The notes beneath the pieces were generated by a model. It did no database searches, was not told the origin of the DNA, and saw only the letters and a list, made by a program, of their open reading frames with translations. A program made the translations under genes and the position numbers. This document shows positions 48,401-62,000 of a stretch of DNA of 64,000 nt, one piece after another. The DNA comes from Antedon mediterranea (taxonomy: Eukaryota > Animalia > Echinodermata): NCBI RefSeq assembly GCF_964355755.1, contig NC_092676.1, forward strand, positions 26,120,871 to 26,184,870. The letters run 5' to 3'. Every line of letters starts with the position of its first letter. Positions within the stretch are counted from its first letter, which is position 1.

Positions 48401-51400
48401 AACTGTGAAAAGTGCTGCATCTCCATGTGACAATATTTGTGCAGTATCATAAGCAAATCCTGTAATACAGGATCTCATGTTTATCACATGTGATGCCTTA
48501 TTATCATCATCAAGATTGGGTTATGGTTTAAGTTAGGGTCTATGATACAACATCACATGTTTCTCCCATGTGATGCTGTATCACAGAATGTGCCTACGAT
48601 AATGGACCAATTCAGATACAGTATAGAGAATTTCACACACAAAAAGATTTTTTTAATAGATTAAAATATTTAACTGTGTTTATATTCACCTTCCTGTACG
48701 TCCGTTGACGAGACATCATTAAATTTTGGCACTAAACACGGAGGTAAAATGTCTGGTAATGTGTATTTATGTTTTCGCAAAACAGACAAATGCATTGCGG
48801 TGCAAAATTCTTCAAGGCAAAGAGCGCCATCCTTGTTTACATCTGAAAGTTGCCTGCCAACGAAAACATAATAAGACTATAGATAGACTATTTCAACAAG
48901 TTAGTAAACAGATACAGTTTTTAGTTGAAATTCTCGTATTAAAACTAATAAATGATAGGAATCTACGATTGCTCATTTTTGCTTAAATAACTCTCCTTTT
49001 TAAAAAATGTGTATGTTCTCCCATTTAAATTTGTTAAGCATGTTGAGACATTATGAGCCTAAATTATTATTATGGTTATGCCATTGTAGGAAAAGAAAAA
49101 AAATATATATAAAAAAAATGAACTCTTAAATGTATTGACATAAACTTGATTATCTTACCATATTTTAGAAAGTTCTGTTGTAGGTAGTTTTGATTTTTCA
49201 AAAAACTGTTTGGCTTCGTTCCCTAAAAAATATAAACGGTATTAGTATTTTGTGAAATGGAGAAGAGGTTTCTTTTGCCAGGGCACTCTAGAAAAACAGT
49301 ATTCTTGAAGAAGCCACAACACTTGAAGAAGACTATATTTTAAATAATGCCTAGCAAACTGCTATAGTACCTGAATAGTTTACAATTTTCTACCAACAAT
49401 ATTTGTTGTTATTGGTTCTATCAGGGGTCTGTGTTAAGATATTTTTAGTCGCGTGGACGTGACTCTATAGTTCACTATGTCGGTCGGTCGGTCTGTCTGT
49501 CGGTCCGGTATCACTATGCGTTTTAGCACGCGACTTATGGCTGTTGGCCTTGTTATAACTAGACAAGAGAACCAGTAAAATTATATTTGTAATGGCCCTC
49601 CACTTCTTTTAAAGCTCACATAAATATAATAGGAAGCTAACAACCAAAATACTGTTCATACCTGAACATTACCTTTAAAAAAATAAAAATGAGGTTCAGA
49701 CAACGATCTTGTTTACATTAGTTCAGGTGTGAACTATTTTGTAAGGAAATTGTGAAAAGGTGAATTGAGTAAAATTATTTATTTGTTATCAGATTTTACT
49801 GAAATTTTAACTCGAGAAACGGACTTGTTATTTGACTATTTAACTGGTCATCCACATATTTAACTGGCCATTTGCCGGTGGACCAGTGTTGTTGCGAATG
49901 CTGTAATATTATTAGCCAATAATAATAAAATTGTACCTTGAATAATTCTCGTTACGTCTGGTTGAAGTGTTTTAAACTGTTCTGTATAATAAAGCCTTTG
50001 CTCATCAGAAATCAGCCACACGTTTTCTTGCCCATTCTGTTCATCCGCATCTTTGACCCCATCCGACCTTTCTGACATGATACCCTGATCGTGACCGAAA
50101 TCAGGTTTCGGTGGAAAAACACTTTCATTCGCTTCAGATGTCTCTGACTTACTCGGGGGATGGGTGAAATTAGCCCAACCCGAGTCGGATCGTATCGGTA
50201 TACTAGCCTGGCGATCAACTGCCTTTCGATGGCCAGGTGCAGGCACGCTGTGCATACGGTCCATGGTTTTACTACGCGGCGCCAACATTTTTGATTCGTC
50301 TGAAAGAGGTGGTGTGCTGGATGGGGAATTTTCAGATGAGCCCGAACCCTAAAAAAAATCACATAAACAGATGGGTGAAATATAATTTAGTAGAAAAGAT
50401 ACATGCCCCATTTGCATAACAAACTAGAAGGGTATATGAACATTTAATTAATGTATTCCCATACAGCTATGAAACAATCCTTAAGAAATCGGACAATAAT
50501 TTTTGAGTAATCCTGCTAACTAACAAACATAGAAAAAACAAAAACACACACAAACACACCTGATTGACCACATAACCTCTCGCCATTCTGGCTGAGGTAA
50601 CAAACGCATTAACAATTTATGTGCAAGTGGGGATTTCAGGTACCATTAATTATAGTTTAAAACATTCCCAATTCTATTCAGTTTTGATATGTGTGTAGAT
50701 GTGTGCAATGGTAAACAAACGCTCTTAAAATACAACATCACAACACTACAGTATGATAACGAAACCGGATATGTCACATACGCGCATTCGTTCTCGTAAG
50801 CCAGTAAAAATCGGTCAAAATATGGCTGCAGTAAATTTGAACGAAGCGCAGGTACTTGTTGCTTGGCTGCCTAGGCCTAGCGTATCATCAAAGCGAGTAA
50901 GGACTTTGAAAACTGCTATTTATCAAAATTGACCTGGCATTTTTAGTAAATTACTTTCAATAAAATCTATAAATTACATTATAATCATGAATCATTCCTG
51001 ATGCAATATGTGCAAAATAGATCAAGAACTATACTCGTTTTGTAGTACACAAACATGATATTCGTCAACATGAATACGCTTTACAAATAGGAAATGGAGA
51101 TCAGCTCAAAAGTTTCACAAATGTATGACGTAACCGTATTTTTTATCAAATTCGTATCGTTGCGAAACCTCCCTAAAATAGATTAATTTGATCTTTCATT
51201 TTGCGATTGAAGTGCATAAATTGTGTTTTTAAGGGATATCCGTACTTGTCAGTTCACAGACAGCTGAGCATTTGTCATATTTGACAATGTAATTATACTT
51301 AATTATGTAGTATAGAATATATGTATTATATAACTAGGTCACAAGATTACTACGTACTGTTGTTGCAGGTATTCTTGGCTGTAAAAGTCCTCCCAAACCT

Positions 51401-54400
51401 CCGCTACTGGCGTTTCGTACGTGACTTTTACTCGGAGGGGCTGGCAATTGCCTTGGTTGTCTAAAAGAAAATTTAAAAGAAAATGAGAAACAGAAAATAG
51501 TATTATTAATGATTAATTTGTCTGAAGATGTGACAATAATAATGGCAATTTATGGCTTTATAAAAGAAAAATGGAAGCAGTACCTGTTTTGTGATTTATC
51601 TGGATCAAATTCTGATCCATGATCTGTAAATGCAGGATTCACAAACTCCATTTGTCTTATTTCTACATAGAAGAATAAACAAATCAATATTAGTAATACA
51701 TTTCATATACTGTATCAAATCAAGGAGAAATAATGTTTTCATGATCTAAAGCTCTATCTAAAAAATCAAACTAGTTTGACAAAAAAAGTGTGATGTGCCC
51801 AAATATGGTAGTGATATGCTCAAATATGGTAGTGATATGACATCATCATGTCCATATATGGGCACCTCACATTTTTATGTCACATAAAGTTTGATAGTGT
51901 TGACAGAAAATACAGTAGAATCTCTCATTTGGGACACCTCTATCCAGGGGACACTTACTCATAAAATAGACATTATTAAGGGGACACTTTGTTCTTTGGT
52001 CCAAAGGGTACTTTTTTTCTCTACAGTAAGAGCTTTGTTGTATTTTAGTCATTCATTTCATAATATATAATATTACTTCTCATTAGTTATGTTAAGCATT
52101 TCTTTAAGGGAAGTTATTGGGCCAATCCTAGGGTTTAATCTCTCATGCCTATTGGTTGACCCCATAATGCTACAAATGACCCCCATGCCTTTGGGCATTT
52201 CAAAGGAAGTGGTTAAAACATTTCAAACTGTGGCAATTTTGTCAGTTTTTCTCCTAGTTGTAGTTGCTGTTAGAGAATCAGGATTTTTTATATTATACTG
52301 TATTTCTTTTACATTTACTGTTAATTTCATTATATTGCAGGCTATTTTAAAATGGATGGCTGAAGGCTAAAAGTCAGGTCAAGGTCATGCCAAATACATA
52401 GTCAAATTTAAAAATATGAGTATACCATATTGTTATACTTTCCCTGATGTGATAAACATTATTTTTTTTTAACTGTAAGTGTAAGCATTAAAATACAATA
52501 CTTTAATATACTGCAACATATGTTGAAGATAAAGTTTGCATTGTGATATCAGTATATTTAGATAACAATGTTAAATAATAGGGAAATAACTGCTTAGAAA
52601 TTAGCATACCATTGTTATATATCACTACTGCTGGTATATTTTATTCAATTATACTTAAAAATACAATATAAATACACTGGTAGTAAAAATCACACATAAA
52701 ATTTAGCAGCAGAAATTTTTTCAGCTGAATTGTACTTTTTATGATTGCAAAAAAAAGGTTCTGTAACATTTTACTTCTAAATTTGCTCTTTTTTAAATCT
52801 GAATATTGAGAATTAAAAGATGTTTACTATATAATTTCAATATAAAATTTAATGACAAAAAGAGAGGTAAAAATTAGGTAATATAGCATTTTTTCCTTTA
52901 TTTTAATCATATAGTGTTGCCCATAGCCCAAAACAACCCTACATTTTGACCTGACCCTTGCCCCCATTTCATTATTCTGTATCTGCGACTTGCAATTGTA
53001 TCCATGTTAGAGGATAAGCTAATCACATTTACTAGCGTCTCCAAGTCTGCAAGTATTTGTTAACATTATTAATATAAATGTTATTTCTCTTAAACCTATT
53101 AAAAATGCATGTACCTTTGATTAAGAATTTTAAAACAGATTAAAGCTCTGTCTACACTATCTACACTAGACAAAAAAGTGTGATGTGCTTAAATATGGTA
53201 GTGGTACGCCCAAACATGGTAGTGATATGACGTCATAATGTCTATATAATGGGCACATCACATAACATTTGATAGCGTAGACAGAGCTTTAGATGGCTCT
53301 TACCATTTACTTGTTGCACAGGTTTGTCTTCTGTTGTTAGCACTTTGCTATCTTTTTTAGCTTGACCTAAAACAATACAGAATTTTAGAATTTTTAAACC
53401 AACAAAGTTTTCTCCCAATATAGAAATCAATCAATCAATCAATCTATAATAAATTGATTTCTCAAATAAAAACAAACATTTTCTAAAATAATAGATAATA
53501 AATGAGAAAAGGGGTACCCCACTGGAAGCTTAAGCTTTAAAATGTGGGGTCCAGGCAACATATTTAAGCTAAGCGAGGGCTATTGAATCCATAGGCTTCT
53601 TTTACCAAGATGGACTTTTTTCGAAATTGTTTTTTTTTTCTCGAGATCACTTTTGCCAACCAAGAAGGAGTTTATTTTCAAGACAGGCTTCTCTTCTTTT
53701 CAAGATAGGCTGCTTTCGAAAAGAATCCCAGGAGGCCTGTTTTCAAGGTTTTACAGTACAGTAATTTATGTACAGTAATCTAATTTAAATTAAAAAAATG
53801 AAAATGATATGTGCTATCGAATGTGCTATTGTTTTTTATTTTATACTTGCTGGTAAAACCAGGTTTGGGCAGTGGCGTGCCATAGAGGCCTGAAGCCCCT
53901 GGTTTAAGAACTCTCTAACTAAGTGGCCCTCTAACGCCATTTTTTTCCCTTGGGGCACTGCTCAGCCACCCCCCCCTCCCCTGAAGCTCCAGGGCCCTGG
54001 GTTTAGCGCTCATGGCCGTTACACCCTATGTGTGGGAGAAAAACAGAAAACAGTGTTCTTTCAAAAGTCCAGTAGTATTCCTCCTGAATCAATTGTATGT
54101 TTATATGTTAAATAAATAGATGCTGTATATCTAAAATACCTTGATCCACAATATTACTTCTTGTTGTTGCAAATTTTGGCAAGGGAACTTCAATACCTAC
54201 AGTTAAAAAAAGAAAATCAAAAACATATGGATTATTATATGAAGTCAAGAATAGGAATATTTCATTTGAGGTCAAGGCGGGAAATTTAGTGAATGTTTTC
54301 TATATTCAGAGTCACTCAAAATAAGCATAAGTTATAGGGCACTAAACAGTAATAATGTTTTATTTACATGTTTATGTGGGTTGAAGTGGTTAGTCTAAGG

Positions 54401-57400
54401 AAACAGGCTGGTTTTACAATCCTAACAGTTGGTAGCCAGAGTACCAGGTGGTATCATAATAATAGTAGCTTAAATATATATAAATAGCAATTCTCTTTCC
54501 AGATTTTTTTTTCTTTACAGTACACCTATGTACAGTATTGTAGCAAAATGCAAGACTTTGTTTGTATTTAAGTATGTACATTAAAGTTTATGTGCATGAT
54601 AATGTTTACAATTCTCAAGTTACATTATCTTTGAAATGTTTGTTTGCAAATAATGTAGCTTTACTCAATATACACCATGCCTTCTGATCTACAGGAAAAT
54701 TGATTGGTGACGTCTAAAATCTCTCTTCAATATGGCCCAAAATAAATACATAACATTTCAAGCTGCATGTCCCCTGCATTTTACCGAATACTTTTTGCTC
54801 AGTTTCTTAACTTAATTTTGCAGAATTAGGAGGGGTTTCTTTTATATTAATGTAATAACTTAAGCATGTCAACACTGGTTAGTTTGACAACAAAATGTTG
54901 ATATGCCTATGGTAGTGATATGCCCAAATATGGTAGTGATATGACATCATCATGTCCATTATATTGGAACATCACATTTATTTGTAACATAAAGTTTGAT
55001 AGTGTAGACAGAGCTTTAGACGACACTAACAAGTGAAAGGTATTATGATTACAGTATGTCATATTATGACAACTGTTAAAGATAAAGCACTTCAGTTATC
55101 TAATTTTTCATGGAAATTCCAGGCAATTTTTATTATGACAAAAACAATAAATTTAGAACTATAGAAATATTTAATAACTTCCGATGTGCATCCCTGCAGA
55201 AAATGCTTTCACTTTAGTCTTGTGATTTATGATGTACATTACAAGGAAGTCATTTAGTTTAACATGAATGACTGTGAACACTTGCTTCTTATGCACCTTT
55301 CAAATCAACATTAAGTATGGTCAGAAATCACTATCATTTTCCATATTTTAAAACCATTTTGAATCACTGTGAATTAACCACTTCTCATGTACCTTACAAT
55401 TAACAATTAAAAATTACTATCACTTATCCATTTTCTAGTTTTTAAACCCATTTTGACTAACTGTGAATTAATCACTTTTTTATGCAACTTTCATTTTGAA
55501 TATGCTAAATTAAATTACTTAAAAACTGGCTTTTATCAATTTTGTCAATGTTTTACTTTTAACCTTCATCATGTAAGATTCTGTTGTACACGACAAGATA
55601 ACCTGGTAAAAAGGTTAATAGGGTGTAAGGTGTCCCTTAGAAGCTAAACACCATCAAATACTTTACGTTTAAATTCAACAGTAATTTTAAGCAATTATAA
55701 ATGTAATAATTTATCTAAGAAAATATTTTTACCTTGTTGAGTTAATAAATCTGATTACAGTATAAAGCAAAATCATTATAAAACAATTTAAGATTATTAC
55801 TATTTTTTTAATATGTGATATAGCCTTGCCCCATTTATTATATACTTTGTACAGTATTTCTGTTTTATATTAGTGAACTTTTTTAATAATTAGTCATAAT
55901 AATTTGCACCAAGGTCAAATTATTTTTAATCAACCATCAAAATCGTTTGTTACTTTTGATTGGTTGATCAAGAGGCTAACCAAGTCATTTAATTAATCCT
56001 GTGAATAACTTGATACATGCCAGCTGGAATACAGGGTGAGGCAGGATCAATCACCAAGAAATGCCAATTCATTTACTTATATTATGATATATATTTTCAA
56101 AATAAAAAAATATACATATACTATATACGCTTTTTATTTATGAAATGTTGCAGAAAAGGCTATAGGTTTTACCATTGAGAAATTAGTTAACTACTGTATG
56201 AACTCATTTCGGTGGCAGGTCCAAGGGCGGGGGGCATAGCAAATTGCTATGTAAGATAGGATATCAGTTTAAGCTCAGCCCTTCATTTCACCATTTTTAG
56301 GTCCTGGGACACCCTTATTTCAAAATTCTAGATCCAACAACTGCATTTATTAGTGAATGACATAATTAATAACGGAACAACTCAATTGTGTTTTATCTGA
56401 GCCATTGGCATTGGACTTTAAATGGTAAACTTGTACCACAGGACAAACCTATAGTAGGTTGGTCTTGGTACAAGTTTACCAGTCAAAGTAATACACCTGT
56501 GATTTGGGATTTTACCTATTTACTTAGTGTGTATACTTTTACTTGTTTCTGAATAAAGCCCGTCTTATTTGATAATTACATTATGAACAAAGTCTTCTCA
56601 TACAGCGCAAACTTTGTGGTTGGTTTATGCAATGTTAAATTGTTAAGTAGATTTTTTAAAAGAATTTATGGACCGACAAAGCACCATACCAGTCGAAAGA
56701 GAGTTTCACAATAGATAAAAGTGAAATACTCACCCGAATATAATCCTTCAATTGACGATGGTATTTGATATCCATTTTGCACCATAGCAATCAGTTTAAG
56801 AGCGAGGAAAAACTGACTTCTCCCAAAATGGCCAACCCTGTAAGCACCGCATAGTTCAGTTATCTGTCAATCAAAATAACAAAACAGTAAGATGATATGC
56901 TTTTCTTAGCAATTAATGAAAAATTAACAAGCGCTGTTTTCCAATTAGACAAACTCAAATATTTCATCATGTTACATACAGTACCTAATTAGCCACATAA
57001 TAAACAGTATTTATACAGCGCCTAATGGATCACTGACCCCTACTACTACTACTTTATCTTGCATGCACTAGACTCGCTCCTAGAAATTGGGGTAAATGAG
57101 TATCACCAGGTCAGCCTACTTCTACTACAGTACTAGTTAGTACTAGAGGTATTTAAAAAAAGGAATTTTCAGCTGAAACAGATCTATATTTATTTAATAA
57201 TACATTACATCTGCACAAGCGTTCAAATAAGATTTTATTTTAAAAAAGAAACATTTATAGTGTATATGGATTTACGGTATGTCGGTTGGGAGTGCAAAAA
57301 AAGGGTTTTATTTATTTATTTAAATTTTATTTATATTACCTCAATCACATTCTAAAACTAAAATAAAGGATGACTTCAATATAAAAGATATTTGTAAAAA

Positions 57401-57887
57401 TAAATATAATTAATATTAATAATAATTAATATTAACGCACCAACCACCTAATTGAATTTAAATGATTATAAATTGCAACTTCCATTCAATTATTTTGCTT
57501 TATACCTGTCCAACCACACGCGACCGAAATGCACTAGCATCCCACCACAGCCCCTGGATTGAAATTGATTTATGAAAGCTAGGCCAGACCAGCTTAACTA
57601 ATGGCCTAGCCACGCATTCTCATCACAACAAAAACATCTTCAAGGTCACGTCATCTTGCGTAAAATGTGAACGTTTTATTAACATTAAACCTTCGTGAAT
57701 GTACTAGAAAGCGTGTGGCTAAATCAGAGCCGCTTACCTTGTTCAAAACCTCCTGGTTTAATTGAGAAGAAACAAATAATTTGTTAACTTGATGGGCCGT
57801 CAATTTGCCGGAGTTCTCTTGATCGCAGGAGCTGAACCAGTCGGAATAAAATTGCTGCTCAGTTGGCGTAAGTAAACTACCTTCCAT
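36427..57887 (-). CDS. REPS1: RalBP1-associated Eps-domain protein (REPS1/2-like), about 1020 aa. Exons 57887-57738, 56863-56734, 54196-54140, 53366-53304, 51662-51584, 51460-51358, 50348-49937, 49222-49159, 48853-48690, 48260-48133, 47134-47039, 46460-46364, 43839-43708, 42634/42604-42565, 41781-41767, 40134-39512, 38591-38530, 38158-37913, 37629-37537, 37000-36876, 36604-36427
   Basis: N-terminal EH-like domain ([18 protein letters not shown]...[22 protein letters not shown]...PLPKF) and central EH domain ([19 protein letters not shown]...[38 protein letters not shown]). Pro-rich middle and C-terminal coiled coil ([33 protein letters not shown]). The exon chain is GT-AG and in frame; the low-complexity middle exons are less certain. 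Confidence 0.88.
37043..37159. mobile_element. MITE family A copy
   Basis: Left TIR and interior. Confidence 0.8.
37286..37440. mobile_element. MITE family A copy
   Basis: Both TIRs, inverted relative to 37043. Confidence 0.85.
37732..37841. mobile_element. MITE family A copy
   Basis: Shortened left TIR, right TIR present. Confidence 0.8.
40179..40258. mobile_element. MITE family A copy (short)
   Basis: Both TIRs, taa/taa flanks. Confidence 0.8.
41767..41781 (-). CDS. REPS1: Candidate 15-nt REPS microexon
   Basis: gtttttcccatcttag|ACGTGGCCTACAAAG|gtatgt; phase 2/2, open frame, GC-rich island in very AT-rich intron. Confidence 0.55.
42045..42247. mobile_element. Short TIR MITE (partial relative at ~10629-10790)
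   Basis: gggatcatgtcaaaat / attttgacatggtcct inverted ends. Confidence 0.6.
43876..44185. mobile_element. TTAA-flanked (Kolobok-like) MITE copy
   Basis: ttaa|agat...ggaggacaatgcatct|ttga. Confidence 0.65.
44231..46182. mobile_element. Foldback-type non-autonomous DNA transposon, 1952 bp
   Basis: Ends tgttgaacccacaaatgt / acatttgtgggttcaaca; ggccc direct repeat on both sides; ~600-700 bp inverted arms with tandem ccacaaatgtgaaaac units. Confidence 0.92.
49442..49554 (+). mobile_element. Helentron-associated (HINE/DINE-1-like) short element
   Basis: ttttagtcgcgtg...cacgcgact subterminal inverted repeat, (gtcg/gtct)n microsatellite, terminal ggc..gcc hairpin then ttgtt. Confidence 0.65.
50422..50601. 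mobile_element. Probable Helentron-associated short element
   Basis: aactaga start, (aac/ac)n tract, terminal acctctcgccattctggctgaggta hairpin. Confidence 0.45.
50752..51175 (-). mobile_element. TIR MITE, inverted relative of 60013-60523, left end eroded
   Basis: Interior is the reverse complement of the 60013-60523 element; right end ttgcgaaacctcccta. Confidence 0.8.
51750..51907. mobile_element. MITE family A copy
   Basis: Family interior, eroded TIRs. Confidence 0.82.
53144..53288. mobile_element. MITE family A copy
   Basis: Both TIRs, taa/tta flanks. Confidence 0.85.
54863..55015. mobile_element. MITE family A copy
   Basis: Right TIR intact, left eroded. Confidence 0.8.
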
Positions 57888-58025
57888 ATTTATATTTTTC
57901 AGAATATCGAACAGATAAATAAATAATCTAAGCAATTTATGCAAATTCCAACTTTATCAACGTTTTTATGTAGAAATTAAACACAATTTCTGCCCCGCCT
58001 TTCTATCGAACATATCAACATAGAA

Positions 58026-58074
58026 GGCAGCCATCTTTAATTGTCACGTGACTTTGCTAGCGCCCTCTTCGGTC
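58026..58074 (-). promoter_or_regulatory. Putative REPS proximal promoter: YY1-like, palindromic E-box and CTCF-like motifs
   Basis: aagatggctgc (minus, 58027-58037), gtcacgtgac (58043-58052), gaccgaagagggcgctag (minus, 58057-58074), 140-190 bp upstream of the ATG. Confidence 0.55.
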
Positions 58075-58800
58075 ATTAACTTTTTCTTTTGGTACGTGTA
58101 CGTACGTGTACTATATCGATATCTTTGGTATTACTTAGTACACAAGTCTTTGGTATAATAATAAAGGCCATTTATTATACTCTAGGACGATACAATAAAT
58201 AGATAAACATGCATTTTTTTACAGAAAACAAAGGAAATAAAGTACAGAATAAGCATTTATACTGTCACCTTTCACGAAAATAAGAACAATAATTGTATTA
58301 CTGATCATGACGACTTAATGTGTGTGAAAATATTATTTGATTTAAAGACATGGTTATTATATCTTATAGCTCTAAAAAAAAAAATGTTTATCTATTTATT
58401 GTTGATCATTACAGTCCTAGTATAAATGAGCCTTAAATAAAACAAATAAGCAAAGTGTTGTATGTCTGTACTTTATTAAATTATCTGCACATCTGAATAT
58501 ATCAATTAATAATTTCATCAATTATATATACATATTAAATATCAACTATTATAACATTTATTTATTAAAATTACAGTAATAATTTTCTTCATTTATTTAT
58601 ACAAATATTTTCCTTCAATTTCTTTTCTTTAATACAAATTATGTATGTACAAAAGTCTGGACATTTATTACAAATTAAACCTTTTTTAAAAATAAATTTA
58701 AACAATTTTTATATAAAATTTGCCTAACTGAAACTGTCAAAATTTCAAATTCTTGGTACTGTCTATCATAAAACAAAATACAATTTCTGGGCTGATCTAA

Positions 58801-58951
58801 AACTCTGTCTACACTATCAAATTTTATGTGACATGATGTCATATAACTACCATATTTAGGCATATCACTACCATATTTGGGCACATCACACTAGTTTGAT
58901 AGTGTAGACAGTAAAACACTATCAAACTAGTTTGAGAGTGTAGACAGAGCT
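58801..58951. mobile_element. MITE family A copy with duplicated right end
   Basis: actagtttga.agtgtagacag occurs twice. Confidence 0.82.
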
Positions 58952-59068
58952 TAAGGAAAACCTACAGGGTCTCCCTGTATAAATAATGGAACATTTAATC
59001 TGAGTTTATTGACTGAAAATTGTAACTTATTAATCTTAAAATAACATTAAAGTATCACATTCCTTAAA

Positions 59069-62000
59069 TTAAATAGTTTGCAGCCAGTCAAACACCTCTT
59101 CTAAGTAACTATTCATCCAACGTATATTTGCTTTAGTTTGTGATACTGATTTTGAAAAGGCATTTGCTGCTGTTCCCTGGTCGGGATTTTCCTTCATAAA
59201 TTCTTCAAGCTGGATATAAAAAAAAATTAATTAAAGATGTATTGTACCAGAAAAACATGAAAAATTAAGATTAATAAAATCATATTTAAATAGGCTATTT
59301 TGCAGTTTTATTTTATTTATTTATTTAATTTTCTGCCATATACAATAGAAAGAATACAAAACAAATATAAAAGGCAAAGAAAGACCAAACAGGTGCTAAA
59401 CACCTATGCTAGTAATACAGTTATTACTTTTGTAAAAAAAAAAAAAACGGTTAATTTTTATTTTTTAACAGCATTTTTTCTTTGAATTACATTTTATTCA
59501 GGTAAATATTTTTTTTTAATTTTGAAAAAGAAATCATATCTAAAATAAATATGTAATTACCTCATTTAATTCAAAATCTGTATTGAAATGAGTTGTTACA
59601 CTTGTTACCATGGAAGCCAAATTAAATACATTATCTCCATATCTGAAAAATAAACAATAGTATATAAAGTCAAGCACCTAAATTTTTTTAGGCTAAATAT
59701 TTGAAAGATACTTTCTTATCATAATAGTTTGTTAAACACTCATATCATTCATATCATAAATAATATTTTTACACGTCCAATCAGATCACGTGATGATTAC
59801 TAAGAGCAATAATATCATAATGATTGTATTAGTCTTATTGACGTAATTTGATTGCATTTTTTAAAATATTTATTTCTCATAATACAATAATACTTACATT
59901 AACAAACATAAATTTACATGTTATACATTTTTACATAATGCATATATTTTCTTATGGATTTTAACCTTTTTAATGTAAAATGTTACGGTTTCAGCCTTTT
60001 GGCTATTTGTAATAGGGAGGTTTCGCAACCTTACGAATACGATAACGAAAACGGATACGTCATACATTTGTGAAACTTTTGAGCTGATCCCCATTTCATA
60101 TTCGTAAAGTGTATTCGTGTTGACGAATATCACCAGTCATATTCGTAACTACAAAACGAGTATAGTTTTTGATCTATTTTTGCACATTTTGCATTTGAAT
60201 CAGGAATGATTCATGATTATTATATAATTATAGATTTATTGAAATTAATTTACTAAAGTAATTTACTGAAATGCCAAGTCAATTTTGATAAATAGCAGTT
60301 TTTAAAGTCCTCACTCGCTTTGATGTTACGCTAGGCCTAGGCAGCCAAGCACCAAGCAACACGTACCTGCGCTTCGCTCAAATTTACCGCAGTCATATTT
60401 TGGACGAGCCTCAATATTTCGTTGCCATGCGAAACAGATTTTTACTGGCTTACGAAAAACGAATACGTGTGCGTGACGTAACCGTTTCCGTTATCGTATT
60501 CGTAAGATTGCGAAACCTCTCTATTATCGATCATCTGTTTTTGGACAATAAACCTAAATAATAATTCTATAATAAAAATTTTTCTAATTTCTTTTATTTT
60601 ATGTCAAAAAAATGTATGTTTATCTATCTATCGTTTTAGTGTGTAGCAGTCTTACGTTTTTCTAAAAAAGTCCCAATTTGCTTGAAAGAAGTCCCACGCT
60701 AATGAGCTTCCTATTGTGTTTCCAGCTACTGATGATACTACGGATGTAACGTCTTGTGATTTAATCTTATCAGGGTCCAAACAATAATTAAGATACCTGC
60801 AATTATTAGAAAAAAAAAACCATTTTATTAGAGATTACTGAAATGATTATTTTGTATTTTTGAATAATACAAAATTTGTTTGTGATGATGAGTACCGTAT
60901 AATATAGGCATTATAACGTTTTATTTTAAGGCTGCTCTGAAACTCTTTTGAACTCTTTTTTTTCTCTTAGTTTTCCACTTTTTATTTCTTTTGTTTTAGC
61001 GCATTGAGACTTTGTATAATGTGCTATATCTAGTTCTAATTGTCCAATGACCTAAGGGATTGTAGGGGCGTGGCAGATGAGATACAGTAGTAGTACTCAT
61101 CATGATAAATAAGTCCCATTTATTATTATTAATGTCAATAAAAAATGATATATTTTGGCACATTACGTGTTAAGAATCCAAGGTTCTTGGCTGCATGCCA
61201 AAGCACCAAGCAAGGTAGATCGTTCGGATGATACCAGCGATGTCTGGAATTGGTTCCAAGCAAAATACCATTCCTCCTGATCACCAGCAGCAATAGCAGT
61301 GCAGTACACTGTGTACTTTAAATTAACTGGAATTCTGTAACAAAAAAAAGAAAGTAATATGTATCTCACAAATATGAATTAATCATCAAATGAGTTGTTT
61401 TGTTTTTGTTTTTTACATATTGGGATGAAAATCACACATCATCCCCATACTTTGATATATCTCACAAACATAAACTTATCACCTAATTGGAATATTCAAG
61501 AAACTTTAGCTTTATATGGGGAAAATTCAGTTGTTTTGTAGATATAGGATAAAAAACCCCAGGTCAGCTAATCAACTGAGAAATTACTCGAGGAAGTACT
61601 GTATGTAAAAACAACTATTGTATATATATATTATATAAATGTGAGAAGAGTTGGTGAAGGGATTGCACTTCAAGTACAGCAGCGAGAACCAACCCTAAAG
61701 CTCTGTCTACACTACAAAAAGTTTGATGTGCTCATATATGGACACGATGATGTCATATCACTACCATATTTGGGCACATCACACTTATTTTTGTCAAACT
61801 AGTTTGATAGTGTGGACAGAGCTTTAGGAAGACTATTTTCACAACTTACACATTATTAGAAGAATTTTGCATCCACTCAGCATACAGATTTATAGCTATG
61901 TTCTTGCATTCTTCATTGCCATAACCACATGCTAGGCTTAATGCTGTAGCCTGACTTAATCTAAAAAGGACCAGCACATAATTGTTAATGTTAATTTTAG

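Noticed and set aside
55733-55750. Possible 18-nt in-frame REPS microexon (cag|ATTTATTAACTCAACAAG|gtaaaa)
   Set aside because: Weak polypyrimidine tract, intron-like composition, and flanking exons align to REPS1 without a gap; could be chance.
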